DNA from: Fimbriimonadales bacterium
Lineage (GTDB): Bacteria; Armatimonadota; Fimbriimonadia; Fimbriimonadales; Fimbriimonadaceae
DNA length: 64,000 bases
Direction: 5' to 3'
Assembly: GCA_038212035.1 (NCBI GenBank)
Contig: JBBQUZ010000010.1
Span: forward strand, 2,662-66,661
Part shown: positions 1 through 9,217 of the stretch, piece after piece
How positions within the stretch are numbered: the stretch's first letter is position 1
Layout: each line of letters opens with the position of its first letter
The notes under the pieces: generated by a model
Seen by the model: the letters and a program-made list of their open reading frames with translations, nothing else
Told to the model about the DNA's origin: nothing
The model's database searches: none
Made by a program: the position numbers and the translations under genes

Positions 1-772
1 ACTGCTCTTGGAACGACTCTTTGTTCCGCTCTCGGAACTTGACCATGGGCGTGACATCCACTTGGATAACGGTAGAAACGGTGGGAACTTGGCTACTGCG
101 AATCATGTGATCCGCAATCATCTTTCGCATTCCCACCAGCGGGATCAGTTCTTGATCTGGCCCCGCTACCGATGGAGTGGCGGCCTTAGGCTCCGGCGTT
201 CTTTGCGTAGCCGGCGGCGCTGTTTGTGCAGGTTTTGGCTTGCCCGCGGCCAGATACCCTTCTAAATCTTTCTTGGTGACCCGGCCGCCTTCTCCCGAAC
301 CCGTGATGGAAGCCATCTCTTCTTCAGAAATCCCCCGATCCTTACCCATGGCGCGAACGACCGGGGTAAACCAAACTCTATCGCCGTTGGGATTCGGCTT
401 TGCGGATGCCACGAGATCGGATGCCAATGGGGCGGATGCCACTGGAGCGGATGCCAACGGGGCAACTTCTGCGGGCGCGGCCGACTCGGCTTTGGGCTCA
501 GTCGGACTCGTCGGTGCAACCGCACCGGCTACGGCACTCTCGTCGATAATGCCCATTGCCTTGAACACTTCCACCATGCCGCCTTCGGCAACCAGGATCT
601 TGGTGAGGATTCCCGCGGCCGGGGCACCCAGCTCGGTATTCACCTTGTCGGTCATGATTTCCACCACCGGCTCGTCCTCCTTCACGTAGTCCCCTTCTTT
701 CTTCAACCAACGGCTGATGGTTCCTTCGTGAACTGATTCACCGAGTTCCGGCATTAAGATTTCGACTGGCAT
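1..772 (-). CDS. dihydrolipoamide acyltransferase (E2 component of a 2-oxoacid dehydrogenase complex), N-terminal part only; the gene runs off the window start
   Basis: Absent from the supplied ORF track because it is open to the window edge. Manual reverse translation from the ATG (complement of 770-772) gives MPVEILMPELGESVHEGTISRWLKKEGDYVKEDEPVVEIMTDKVNTEL. This is a lipoyl domain with the MTDK lipoyl-lysine motif. An Ala/Pro linker follows, then a peripheral-subunit-binding domain (FTPVVRAMGKDRGI...ITGSGEGGRVTKKDLE) and the start of the catalytic domain (IPLVGMRKMIADHM). Confidence 0.85.
   Translation of the reverse strand, partial: MPVEILMPELGESVHEGTISRWLKKEGDYVKEDEPVVEIMTDKVNTELGAPAAGILTKILVAEGGMVEVFKAMGIIDESAVAGAVAPTSPTEPKAESAAPAEVAPLASAPVASAPLASDLVASAKPNPNGDRVWFTPVVRAMGKDRGISEEEMASITGSGEGGRVTKKDLEGYLAAGKPKPAQTAPPATQRTPEPKAATPSVAGPDQELIPLVGMRKMIADHMIRSSQVPTVSTVIQVDVTPMVKFRERNKESFQEQ
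403..462. repeat. four tandem 15-bp units (cggatgcca + 6 variable nt) inside the E2 inter-domain linker
   Basis: Read directly: cggatgccacgagat / cggatgccaatgggg / cggatgccactggag / cggatgccaacgggg. On the coding (minus) strand they encode the linker APLASAPVASAPLASDLVAS. Confidence 0.8.
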
Positions 773-850
773 GAGATTAAGTGTACCGAACGTAAAATTG
801 CAGGGATTCTGGACCCACGCAGACAAATAGGAGAGATCGGAGGAGTCCGA

Positions 851-1765
851 TTAGGTTCGGCGAAGAAAGCTGGCCAGATCTTGCTCATTAACAAAGGGTT
901 CCCCCGGAGCAACGTTGTCCAACTTTCCCTGCCTCATCCATATTTCAAGACGATCTACAAGTTCAAAAAGGTGGGAGAAAGACTCCACTGAGAACAGCAA
1001 TGGCTGAAAACGATCTATTTCAAACCCCTGATTGATCACCCACTCCAGTTGGATGGGCGGCCTTTGAACATTAGGCGAATTTACGGCGTGAGAAATCTCT
1101 CCGTACGAGCTCAGAAGGCCACTTCCAAAGACCTTTGTCTCTGACCCAAATTGCATAAGGCCAAATTCCACCGTGAACCAGAAGAATCTCGCCATCGCCT
1201 TGATGATGCTGGTGAGTCGCTTCACCCGTTCTTCCTCGTCGGCAATTCCGGCGGCAAGTTCCGCTGCGGTGTGGGCACAGTCTCCAAACCTCACTAACGC
1301 ATCCGCAAATGAGGGGTCCGTGTGCATGGGAACATGCCCGGCAATGTCATGAAAGATATCCGGCTCCGGTAGGTAATCCAGCCGGTCAGCCCGGCGAATG
1401 GTGATCGTGGTGGGAAACTCGCGGTTCCGGAGGCAATTAAAAAATTCAAATGCGGGAACGTACCCGCTCACGGCCTTGGCAGAAAAGTGGGTTAAAGGTT
1501 CTAAAAACTTGTTTACTTCCGCTAAGCGAGGAACCCGGTCCGTGGGCAACGCAAGCGCACCGATGCCCTGTAAAAAGTGAGGATTAGCAAATTTCTCCCA
1601 TTGGGGATGCATGCGCTGGTAAAGCTCTGCCCAAGCAAGATGATTTTCTGGAGAATAAAGATCGTAGGGTTGCTCAATAAAAAGTTCCCCGTTGGCCTTT
1701 ACGTCCTCAATGAAAGATGACTGGCCGGTTGTTAAGCCCAAAGAAGACGTACTGAAGGAATTCAT
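851..1765 (-). CDS. phhA: phenylalanine-4-hydroxylase (biopterin-dependent aromatic amino acid hydroxylase)
   Basis: 304-aa ORF. It carries YLPEPDIFHDIAGHVPMH (the iron-binding His pair region) and FWFTVEFGL, both typical of bacterial PhhA. Confidence 0.85.
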   Translation of the reverse strand: MNSFSTSSLGLTTGQSSFIEDVKANGELFIEQPYDLYSPENHLAWAELYQRMHPQWEKFANPHFLQGIGALALPTDRVPRLAEVNKFLEPLTHFSAKAVSGYVPAFEFFNCLRNREFPTTITIRRADRLDYLPEPDIFHDIAGHVPMHTDPSFADALVRFGDCAHTAAELAAGIADEEERVKRLTSIIKAMARFFWFTVEFGLMQFGSETKVFGSGLLSSYGEISHAVNSPNVQRPPIQLEWVINQGFEIDRFQPLLFSVESFSHLFELVDRLEIWMRQGKLDNVAPGEPFVNEQDLASFLRRT

Positions 1766-1817
1766 CTTTGAATCCTGAATTTGAGAAAGAAATCTTTGTT
1801 AACTCTGCTCGACTGCG

Positions 1818-2294
1818 TTATATGTCAAGTTTAGCCAGTCTATCTTGACGAGCGTCCCAAATTTGCCAACCACCAAGAATTAGGATGGCGAGTAATGGAA
1901 TGAACGGGTCTATGATGTGGGCGTAATACAGGCGACTGTAAAACACTGTATCAGAGTACAAAGTAGCGGCCACGTGGTCAAATGGATTGATCACCCTCCA
2001 CAAGAACGTCATACCCACGTAGAGTGCAATGGCCCAGACCGCATAGCATAGGGGATGCCACTTGGGAACTCGACCGAGGTTTTTCTTGGTGTTCCATCCG
2101 ATAAACCAAATGACGATGCCAATAATTGTCAGTACAACCGGCAACAAAATGATGTCGGTGAGCTTGTCCGGTGCGCCAAATGATGAATCCAATTTACAGA
2201 GTCCTCTTCCACCCAATATCGGTGAAAACCTATTGTATCTGCATGGCAACTTTACTTGCTCAGCCCAGTCGGCAGGTTGGTTATGAGCTGACAA
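1818..2294 (-). CDS. hypothetical integral membrane protein
   Basis: 158-aa ORF with three or four hydrophobic helices (IILLPVVLTIIGIVIWFIGW, LCYAVWAIALYVGMTFLW, FIPLLAILILGGW). I recognised no family. The start codon is uncertain. Confidence 0.45.
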   Translation of the reverse strand: MSAHNQPADWAEQVKLPCRYNRFSPILGGRGLCKLDSSFGAPDKLTDIILLPVVLTIIGIVIWFIGWNTKKNLGRVPKWHPLCYAVWAIALYVGMTFLWRVINPFDHVAATLYSDTVFYSRLYYAHIIDPFIPLLAILILGGWQIWDARQDRLAKLDI

Positions 2295-2494
2295 AATCCC
2301 TCTGAGGCGCTACTTGAGTGGGCGCCCACCAAAAACTCAGCTTTTCAGCCGGCAAACCATCAGATTTTGAAGTATGGGATAATCTTACCTGGCTTGCTTA
2401 AAATCTTCAAATTGGGGCCTCAAGCCGGCCTGATTATGTGTAAAGAATTTAGAGTAAATCAATACGAACTTGATCCATATCCGAATAAAATATA

Positions 2495-4207
2495 ATGGTG
2501 TACGACGTCGCAATTATCGGAGGAGGTCCATCTGGCTCTACGCTTTCGACTCTTCTCAAGAAATATGATCCAAAACTAAATGTCATCGTATTAGAACGAG
2601 AACAGTTCCCTCGCGAGCATGTCGGAGAAAGTCAGTTACCTCCCATTGGGTCCGTTTTAGATGAAATGGGAGTATGGGACAAAGTGGAAGCGGCTAACTT
2701 CCCCATCAAAATCGGAGCCACCTATCGCTGGGGCAACACCAAGGACCTGTGGGACTTTGAACTTTATCCGGCAAAGCAATTTAAAGACGAACCACGACCG
2801 GCTAAATATGAAGGTCAGAGAAAGAGCACCGCTTTTCAAGTAGAAAGATCTATTTACGATGAGATTTTGTTAGATCATGCGGCTTCAGTAGGAGTTGAAG
2901 TCAGAGAGTCAACCAAAGTATCTGAAGTGCTAAAAAGCGGGGATTCTGTCTCTGGTCTACGTTTGGAAAATGGTCAAGAGATTCTCGCGAGATATTATGT
3001 AGATTGCAGCGGAGGGGCGGGACTTTTACGACGTTCCTTTAACATCAAGATCGTTGAACCCAGCGCTTTAAGAAATATCGCGTTCTGGGACTATTGGGTT
3101 GACGCAGAATGGGCGTTTTCCGTGGGAAACGGCGGAACTCGCGTTCAGGTGATGAGTATTGGATACGGGTGGCTTTGGTTTATCCCCATTGGCCCAACCC
3201 GAACCAGTATTGGGTTGGTTTGTCCGGCCGATTACTTTCGAGACTGCAAACTAACAAAGGAAGAACTGTATCATCAGGCGATAAGGGAAGAACCGCTCAT
3301 TTCAAAACTCGCGAAGGGTGCCCAAAGCGAAGGCGACGTGAGAGGAACGAAAGATTGGTCTTACTACGCAGAATCCATGTATGGTGAAAATTGGTTCCTA
3401 ACCGGCGAAGCGGCCGGATTTGCGGACCCCATATTGGCCGCCGGCTTAACCATGGCCCATGTGGGCGCAAAAGAACTTGCTTACACAATTCTAGAACTAG
3501 ACAAGGGTAACCACAATCCGGATTGGCTCAAGCAACAGTTTGCGCAGAACCAAACCCGACGAGTGTTGCAGCACATCAAATTTGCTGATTTTTGGTACAC
3601 CGCCAACGGTTGCTTTACCGATGTCAAAGAATTCACCCGAGAAATTGCCGCCGAAGCGGGCTTGGAACTGGATGCCAACAAGGCATTTCAGTGGTTAGGA
3701 ACCGGAGGGTTCATCCACGAAAATCTTGGTACCGGTCTGGCGGGTTATTCTCTGGAGGGGGTTAAAGATACGGTCGAACTCTTGCTCCAAGAGCCGGCAG
3801 AACTATCAATAGCTCAACAAAACTATTTCCAGATGAACCTTGATGGAGCGAAAGAAGAACGCTTTGCCATTTACGCTAAGGGCCAAATATTAGACCAGGC
3901 CTGCTGGCGAAAAAACGATCAAATACTGCCTAAGATGGGAATGTATCACGTGATGGCCCAAATCCTTCAACTCAATGGCGAGCTCCCTTTTGTAGTCACC
4001 CAAATTATCCGGGCCGTCCGTAGCAAAGGAATTAAGAACACAGATCACGACGCCCTGCAATACGGATTGGGATTTTTGGAATCCATGGTCCAGGGAGGAT
4101 GGGTTATCGGATCCACACGTGAAGATCTGCCGGTGCTAACGTTTGATCTGCCCAAGTTAGCCAGTGGAATCAAATACAACGACGACACATTTGTGCCTTT
4201 GACTTAG
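2495..4207 (+). CDS. FAD-dependent halogenase-like oxidoreductase (flavin-dependent halogenase signature motifs)
   Basis: 570-aa ORF. Motifs present: N-terminal GxGxxG (IIGGGPSG), GES..P, a Lys in FPIKIGATYRW, WxWxIP (GYGWLWFIP), and the FAD motif GEAAGFADP. Confidence 0.7.
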   Translation: MVYDVAIIGGGPSGSTLSTLLKKYDPKLNVIVLEREQFPREHVGESQLPPIGSVLDEMGVWDKVEAANFPIKIGATYRWGNTKDLWDFELYPAKQFKDEPRPAKYEGQRKSTAFQVERSIYDEILLDHAASVGVEVRESTKVSEVLKSGDSVSGLRLENGQEILARYYVDCSGGAGLLRRSFNIKIVEPSALRNIAFWDYWVDAEWAFSVGNGGTRVQVMSIGYGWLWFIPIGPTRTSIGLVCPADYFRDCKLTKEELYHQAIREEPLISKLAKGAQSEGDVRGTKDWSYYAESMYGENWFLTGEAAGFADPILAAGLTMAHVGAKELAYTILELDKGNHNPDWLKQQFAQNQTRRVLQHIKFADFWYTANGCFTDVKEFTREIAAEAGLELDANKAFQWLGTGGFIHENLGTGLAGYSLEGVKDTVELLLQEPAELSIAQQNYFQMNLDGAKEERFAIYAKGQILDQACWRKNDQILPKMGMYHVMAQILQLNGELPFVVTQIIRAVRSKGIKNTDHDALQYGLGFLESMVQGGWVIGSTREDLPVLTFDLPKLASGIKYNDDTFVPLT

Positions 4208-4222
4208 GGCAGAATGTAAATC

Positions 4223-4525
4223 CTAACCGCGTTGATAGTCTGGGCCGCCCATGGGCACGTTCTTGTATTTCTTAAGAATCTCTTCCTTCCACGCCTGTTT
4301 TTGACCGTCAAGCGCCCCGTCAATCAGGTCAACCTGCTTCAGCCTCATGGCGGGAGACATCCCTTCCACATCTCTGGCCCATTCAAATTTTTCGTTGGGC
4401 GTCTTCTTGTTGAAAGCTTCCATAGCTGCCTTCGCCGGGTCCGCGGGAGCGGGGGTTGAACAGCCGCTCCCAACAACAAATGTCGCAAGGAACAGAGTGC
4501 ATCCAAGAATGAGGGACTTACTCAT
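4223..4525 (-). CDS. small lipoprotein, paralog of the ORF at 4609-4947
   Basis: 100 aa with a signal peptide and lipobox (LATFVVGSGC). The mature part aligns by eye with the upstream neighbour: EKFEWARDVEGMSPAMRLKQVDLIDGA..QKQAWKEE versus ERFAWLQKMGGMSVYQKQAQVDSIRGA..QKAAWKKQ. Confidence 0.6.
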   Translation of the reverse strand: MSKSLILGCTLFLATFVVGSGCSTPAPADPAKAAMEAFNKKTPNEKFEWARDVEGMSPAMRLKQVDLIDGALDGQKQAWKEEILKKYKNVPMGGPDYQRG

Positions 4526-4608
4526 GTTGCTCGTACTTTCAACGACCGGAAAATTTTTCGGAAGGAGTCCGATCTCAATCTACGAGACCGGACTAAATCT
4601 GAGAAGAA

Positions 4609-4947
4609 TTAGTTACCGCCACCCATAGGGGCTCGTTGCCCAGCCTGAGGATTGGAAGGGGGTGGGGGAGTAGCGGGAGCACCGGGCGCACCGCCCATTT
4701 CATCTGCTAACTGCTTTTTCCATGCCGCTTTTTGCTCGGCGGTGGCACCACGAATTGAATCTACCTGGGCCTGCTTCTGGTAGACGGACATGCCGCCCAT
4801 TTTTTGCAGCCAGGCAAAACGCTCTTCTGGCTTCATAGCGTTGAGCTTATCAATAACACCATCAGCTTCGGTTTTCTGCTCGCAGCCCGTCGTGATTCCG
4901 ATTGAAATTAATGCCAAAACGATGGCGAATAGTGCGCGGTTTTTCAT
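4609..4947 (-). CDS. small lipoprotein, paralog of the ORF at 4223-4525
   Basis: The ORF track gives 4609-4974. An internal Met (MKNRALFAIVLALISIGITTGC) yields a canonical lipoprotein signal, so the start was placed at 4947. The C-terminus is a Pro/Gly-rich tail. Confidence 0.6.
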   Translation of the reverse strand: MKNRALFAIVLALISIGITTGCEQKTEADGVIDKLNAMKPEERFAWLQKMGGMSVYQKQAQVDSIRGATAEQKAAWKKQLADEMGGAPGAPATPPPPSNPQAGQRAPMGGGN

Positions 4948-5010
4948 AAATCTTGTTGGATTGGTGAGTCCCATGCCAAAGCATAAGACTCACCGGTAGT
5001 GGCGTTAGTC

Positions 5011-5892
5011 TTACTGAACCGAAGGGCTGGCCCAGTTTTGACCCCAAGCCTTCACGTCGGTAGCCAAGCCATTGGCGTCGCCGTCGCTTCCTCGGCAAGT
5101 TTCCTTACCGCAGGGCGAGAGCTTGTTGATGTTGTAGTACTTGGCGTGGCCATCGATGTGAGAGACGTTGCTCCCCGCATTGTAATAACCCTGCCAATCT
5201 GCGCCCCAATAGCTGGCCGCAGGATCGCCCGTGCCGCTAACGTTGTTGCACACAGACTTTACGCAACCGCCCGGCCACTGGGTGCCGATGCGTGGGAAGT
5301 CCATCCAAACCACAACTTTAGCCGCGTCTACAACCTTGCCCGAAGTCAAGGCAATTCCGGCATCGTTTGCACCGGCCAAAGCGCCGGGATTCCACCATGG
5401 ATGGCACTGAATATCGCCACCGGCGTTTGCCGTCATTGAGTCGTTCCACTCAAAGTCGGTTGGGAAGTAGATATCATCGTAATGATTGTCTCGCCCTCTA
5501 GCAGACACCCCAACAAAGCCACCGCAGTCGGTGTTCGGGTCGGTCATGTAGTTGCCGCCGGTGTTCACGCCCTGCTTCTGGTTGGTTCCTCCAATCTTGT
5601 ACTTGGATGCAGGATTGGTAAACATGGCCTTACTCTTTACGTAGGGGTAAATCTTAACCGCGATGTTATAAGATTCCGGCCACGGATACTGCGGGGTCAC
5701 ATCATCATTGTCACCGGCATACATGATGGTGGCAAGGCCCAACTGCTTGAGGTTGCTCAAGTCGGTGGTCTTCTTAGCGGCGTTCTTTGCCTGAGCAAAA
5801 ACCGGGAAGAGGATGGCGGCGAGGATCGCGATGATGGCGATGACGACGAGAAGTTCGATGAGCGTGAAAGCTCGTCTTCGTTGACTGTTCAT
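5011..5892 (-). CDS. prepilin-type N-terminal cleavage/methylation domain protein (pseudopilin-like, with a DGH motif near the C-terminus)
   Basis: 293 aa. The N-terminus [32 protein letters not shown] is a class III (type IV pilin-like) signal. [10 protein letters not shown] sits near the C-terminus. The start overlaps the GH13 stop as TAATG. Confidence 0.85.
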   Translation of the reverse strand: MNSQRRRAFTLIELLVVIAIIAILAAILFPVFAQAKNAAKKTTDLSNLKQLGLATIMYAGDNDDVTPQYPWPESYNIAVKIYPYVKSKAMFTNPASKYKIGGTNQKQGVNTGGNYMTDPNTDCGGFVGVSARGRDNHYDDIYFPTDFEWNDSMTANAGGDIQCHPWWNPGALAGANDAGIALTSGKVVDAAKVVVWMDFPRIGTQWPGGCVKSVCNNVSGTGDPAASYWGADWQGYYNAGSNVSHIDGHAKYYNINKLSPCGKETCRGSDGDANGLATDVKAWGQNWASPSVQ

Positions 5893-8114
5893 TATAGGGA
5901 TAGCTCCTTGATTCCGCGCGAAGCGGTTAGTGAAGAGAGATGCATAGACGGTGCCAAACCCACCCGTGAGGGTGCTTTAGCGGAATGAAAAACTGTTGCG
6001 TTTGTGGGCAACAAAATGGCGGCTTCCATGCCTTGAAGCGTGACGGACAGGCGAGAGCCCGTCACCCTAAGGTGCCGGCCCGAAATTCCGTCGGTAAACT
6101 CCCGGCGACCTTCCAAAGTTGCCGGCGGTATGTGGGTGAGCGGGATAGAAATTGTTTTGGGTTGGTCAGAAACATTGACCACGGTAATCGCAAGATCCTT
6201 GGCATCAACCCGCGCAAATGACAAGGTATTGGCTTGATCATCGGTGCTTAACGGGATGGGTTCACCCCACTGAAGCGCCTTAGAAGCAGTGCGAATTCGG
6301 GTGAGCTTTTTGTACCGATTGAGCAACCAGTTCGATTGCGTCACTCGATTCCAAGCCATCGGAGCTCGGTTTGCGGGATCTTTTCCTCCCAACATGCCAA
6401 TTTCTTCTCCGTAGTAGATGGATGGAGCTCCCACCCACGAAAACTGAATGGTGGCGGCCACGGCATCTCGCTTAACATCCCCATCACATTCCGTGAGGAA
6501 CCGCGCCGTATCGTGGCTGGTGAGCATGTTCATCATCACACGGGCTGATTGAGGCGGATACATCGAATAATTAGCCATCAGCCGATTCATGAATGCGCTG
6601 GGGCTTCCCTTTCGTTTGGCAATGAAATCCAGACAGGTGGATCGGAACTCGTAGTTCATCGACGAATCCCATTGGTCACCCTGTAACCAGGGCCTTGCGT
6701 CGCCCCACTCTTCGCCCACAATCCATTGCTCTGGGTCCATTGCTTTTACGTGGTTTCTGAATAATCTCCAGAAGCGCATGTCAACTTCGTTGGCCGCATC
6801 CAGCCGGTAGCCCGAGAGTCCTGGCATCAGGTTCTTCCAGTAATCGGCTACATCCAGGAGGCGTTGCGTGGTCTCCGGGTTCATCACGTTTAGCTTTGGC
6901 ATTGAACTAAAGCCATACCAAGCATCATAGGGAGGGTTAGCTTGAACCACCACCGGATAAGACTTGATGAAATACCAATTCTTGAACTTTGAAGCCGCTC
7001 CATTCTTTAGGACGTCCAAAAACGCCGGATAGTCCACGGCGGTGTGATTTAGCGCAAGATCCATCACCGTGCGGATACCCTTGGCTTTAAGAAGAGCCCC
7101 CAGTCGAGCAAATTCCACATTCGTGCCAAATTCGGGATCGATCTGCACGTAGCTCGATGCATCGTAACGATGATTGCTGGGCGACTTAAAAACGGGATTG
7201 AAATAGATGCAGGTGGCACCTAGGTCTGCCAGGTAATTTGCGTGTTGCCTAACTCCGGCAATGTCACCCCCAAATCGGTTGAACCAAGTTGGAGTTCCGG
7301 ACCACGGTTGAACATCTTTCGGATCGTTTCCGACGTTGCCGTTGGCAAACCGATCGGGGAATATCTGGTAAAGCACGGCACCCGGCACCCAGCTAGGCGT
7401 AACAAACTTGGCAAACGTTTGGGGCGAAATCACAAATTTGCGGCCCGGTTGAGGCAACACGCCAGATTCTCCAAAATAAACCCATTGGGATCCATCTTTG
7501 ATCTCGAAATCGTAATTAATGGGTTGCTTGCCGTTCCATGCGACGCGGGCTTGGTACGTGGCAAAGACACCGTCGGTTGATTTGAAATTAAGTGGAATGG
7601 ATTTACCGAGGATACGAACCTTTATGCTCTCCACATCATTGGGTCGGGCCCGAAACGAGATCAGCAGTAATCCCCGGTCAAAATTAAGCCAAGGTAATTT
7701 GGTCTCGTGAAACAGAGCACTCTTAGCAATGACTCCATCGCCGACTCTCGCTGCCTTGGTGAAGTCAACCGGAGTCACCATGAGGGCTGAGTTAACGTTA
7801 CCGCCCCCATCATCCTGCGAATCTTTCGCCGATGGGTCCTGAATCCAAGACTCGCCGTCCAAAACAAACTTGTATTGCACTCGTCCAAAGGGTAAAGTTG
7901 CCGTCTTAGACCAAGTGACGCCATCGGACTGCAGTGTCATTGGGTCACGATCTTTGTTCCAACGGTTAAATGTTCCCGCCACCGAAACTGATCGATACCG
8001 CTTATTAGCTCGGAACACAAACTTATGTGAGATCGTGGATGGAGCGCGAAGCATTTGATGTGAGGCGGACGCATCACCCACCTGTAGGCTCACCAATGCT
8101 AGGTGAAGTGCCAT
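5892..8114 (-). CDS. GH13 alpha-amylase-family glycoside hydrolase (neopullulanase/cyclomaltodextrinase-like) with an N-terminal CBM48/AMPK-type glycogen-binding module
   Basis: 740 aa. The CBM48-like segment is [12 protein letters not shown]...[16 protein letters not shown]. All four GH13 conserved regions are present: [26 protein letters not shown] and [20 protein letters not shown] is also present. Confidence 0.85.
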   Translation of the reverse strand: MALHLALVSLQVGDASASHQMLRAPSTISHKFVFRANKRYRSVSVAGTFNRWNKDRDPMTLQSDGVTWSKTATLPFGRVQYKFVLDGESWIQDPSAKDSQDDGGGNVNSALMVTPVDFTKAARVGDGVIAKSALFHETKLPWLNFDRGLLLISFRARPNDVESIKVRILGKSIPLNFKSTDGVFATYQARVAWNGKQPINYDFEIKDGSQWVYFGESGVLPQPGRKFVISPQTFAKFVTPSWVPGAVLYQIFPDRFANGNVGNDPKDVQPWSGTPTWFNRFGGDIAGVRQHANYLADLGATCIYFNPVFKSPSNHRYDASSYVQIDPEFGTNVEFARLGALLKAKGIRTVMDLALNHTAVDYPAFLDVLKNGAASKFKNWYFIKSYPVVVQANPPYDAWYGFSSMPKLNVMNPETTQRLLDVADYWKNLMPGLSGYRLDAANEVDMRFWRLFRNHVKAMDPEQWIVGEEWGDARPWLQGDQWDSSMNYEFRSTCLDFIAKRKGSPSAFMNRLMANYSMYPPQSARVMMNMLTSHDTARFLTECDGDVKRDAVAATIQFSWVGAPSIYYGEEIGMLGGKDPANRAPMAWNRVTQSNWLLNRYKKLTRIRTASKALQWGEPIPLSTDDQANTLSFARVDAKDLAITVVNVSDQPKTISIPLTHIPPATLEGRREFTDGISGRHLRVTGSRLSVTLQGMEAAILLPTNATVFHSAKAPSRVGLAPSMHLSSLTASRGIKELSL

Positions 8115-9133
8115 TAGGCCATCCCTCCCCGGCGAGATGAACCCCGAACCTTAAGTTCGCAGGGCACGATAACGCGTCTGGGTGATGCGGTCGGACGATC
8201 CTCAACAATCCGCAACAATCTTTCGCAAGCGATTTGAACCATTTGACTTATTCTCAAACTCACCGAGGTCAAACCACATTCCAGCAGATCACATAAATTG
8301 GTGTCGTTGAAAGACACCAGTCCCAGATCAGAGGGGATTCTCAGACCGCGAGCCCGCGCGGCCAAAACTACACCTAACGCCATTAAGTCATCTAAGACTA
8401 CTAAGGCATCCGGTCGGTCGGGACCTTCGAAAATGCGCAGAGCTGTGAGTCGGGCCGCGTCACTGCCAAAGTCGGAGTGGTAGACAAGGGAATCGTCTTG
8501 TTGTCCGAGAATGGCCTGCTGATATCCTAAAATTCGGTCATCACTTACGGTAATGCCGCTGCGACCAGCAAGAATTCCGATTCGCTTGTAGCCCGCCGTA
8601 ACCAAGTGCCGCGTGGCCAGTTGAGCCGCAAGCACGTTATCATTGTCCACCGAATGTATTTCTGCATTCGGCATTGGGTTACCAATCAACACAAACGGAA
8701 AATTGTCTTCCTGAAGGCGATGGATGCGGTGGTCTCTTGCTTCTGATTCCACCAAAATGAGTCCATCGACGCGCCTTGTCCTCAGCATTTCGTCGTAGAC
8801 AGCATCTTGGCCCTCATCACTAGAAACCATGTCTAGGCAAAGGTGATAAGGCTTTCCGGCCAAGTAGTTAATGATCTCCGCGGTCAACTGAGAGAAAAAG
8901 GGATCATCACCCACATTTCCGGTCGGACGATTAACGACCAATCCGATGAGGCCAGTGCGACGATTTCGCAGGGATCGCGCTCTCACGTCGGGAGCGTAAT
9001 TGTGACGGCGCATGGCCTCGACCACACGATCTCTAATGGTTAGTTCAACTTTATCATCGCCGGAAAGCACGCGCGAAACCGTTGCTTGCGATACGTTCGC
9101 AATGCGCGCGATGTCTTGTTGCGTTACCCTCAT
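8114..9133 (-). CDS. LacI-family transcriptional repressor
   Basis: 339 aa. It has the N-terminal HTH MRVTQQDIARIANVSQATVSRVLSG followed by a periplasmic-binding-protein-like sugar-binding core. The stop overlaps the GH13 start as TAATG. Confidence 0.9.
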   Translation of the reverse strand: MRVTQQDIARIANVSQATVSRVLSGDDKVELTIRDRVVEAMRRHNYAPDVRARSLRNRRTGLIGLVVNRPTGNVGDDPFFSQLTAEIINYLAGKPYHLCLDMVSSDEGQDAVYDEMLRTRRVDGLILVESEARDHRIHRLQEDNFPFVLIGNPMPNAEIHSVDNDNVLAAQLATRHLVTAGYKRIGILAGRSGITVSDDRILGYQQAILGQQDDSLVYHSDFGSDAARLTALRIFEGPDRPDALVVLDDLMALGVVLAARARGLRIPSDLGLVSFNDTNLCDLLECGLTSVSLRISQMVQIACERLLRIVEDRPTASPRRVIVPCELKVRGSSRRGGMA

Positions 9134-9162
9134 TGGTCTCTTGCTTCGTGCTCTCGTCGCCG

Positions 9163-9217
9163 AGAATACGAATTCCGAGTGTTACTATAACACAAGAATA
9201 CGAATTCTTGAAGAATA
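9163..9217. promoter_or_regulatory. repeated AGAATACGAATTC operator-like sites (candidate LacI operators)
   Basis: agaatacgaattc occurs at 9163-9175. A near-palindrome aagaatacgaattctt (arms AAGAATA / AATTCTT around a central CG) lies at 9194-9209. An extra half-site aagaata lies at 9211-9217. Together they flank the putative -10 element of the LacI operon. Confidence 0.4.
9184..9192 (-). promoter_or_regulatory. extended -10 promoter element (TGtTATAGT) for the LacI-GH13-pseudopilin operon
   Basis: The reverse complement of 9184-9192 is TGTTATAGT, which matches TGnTATAAT at 5 of 6 hexamer positions plus the TG. It lies about 50 nt upstream of the LacI start codon. No good -35 element is present. 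Confidence 0.4.

Noticed and set aside
177-689. 170-aa plus-strand ORF, together with ORFs at 262-525 and 498-710
   Set aside because: It lies antisense or out of frame to the well-supported E2 acyltransferase gene. The composition is low-complexity Ala/Gly/Ser driven by the linker repeat.
4999-5988. Plus-strand ORFs 4999-5439 and 5482-5988
   Set aside because: They are antisense shadows of the pilin-like gene, which has an unmistakable class III signal sequence.
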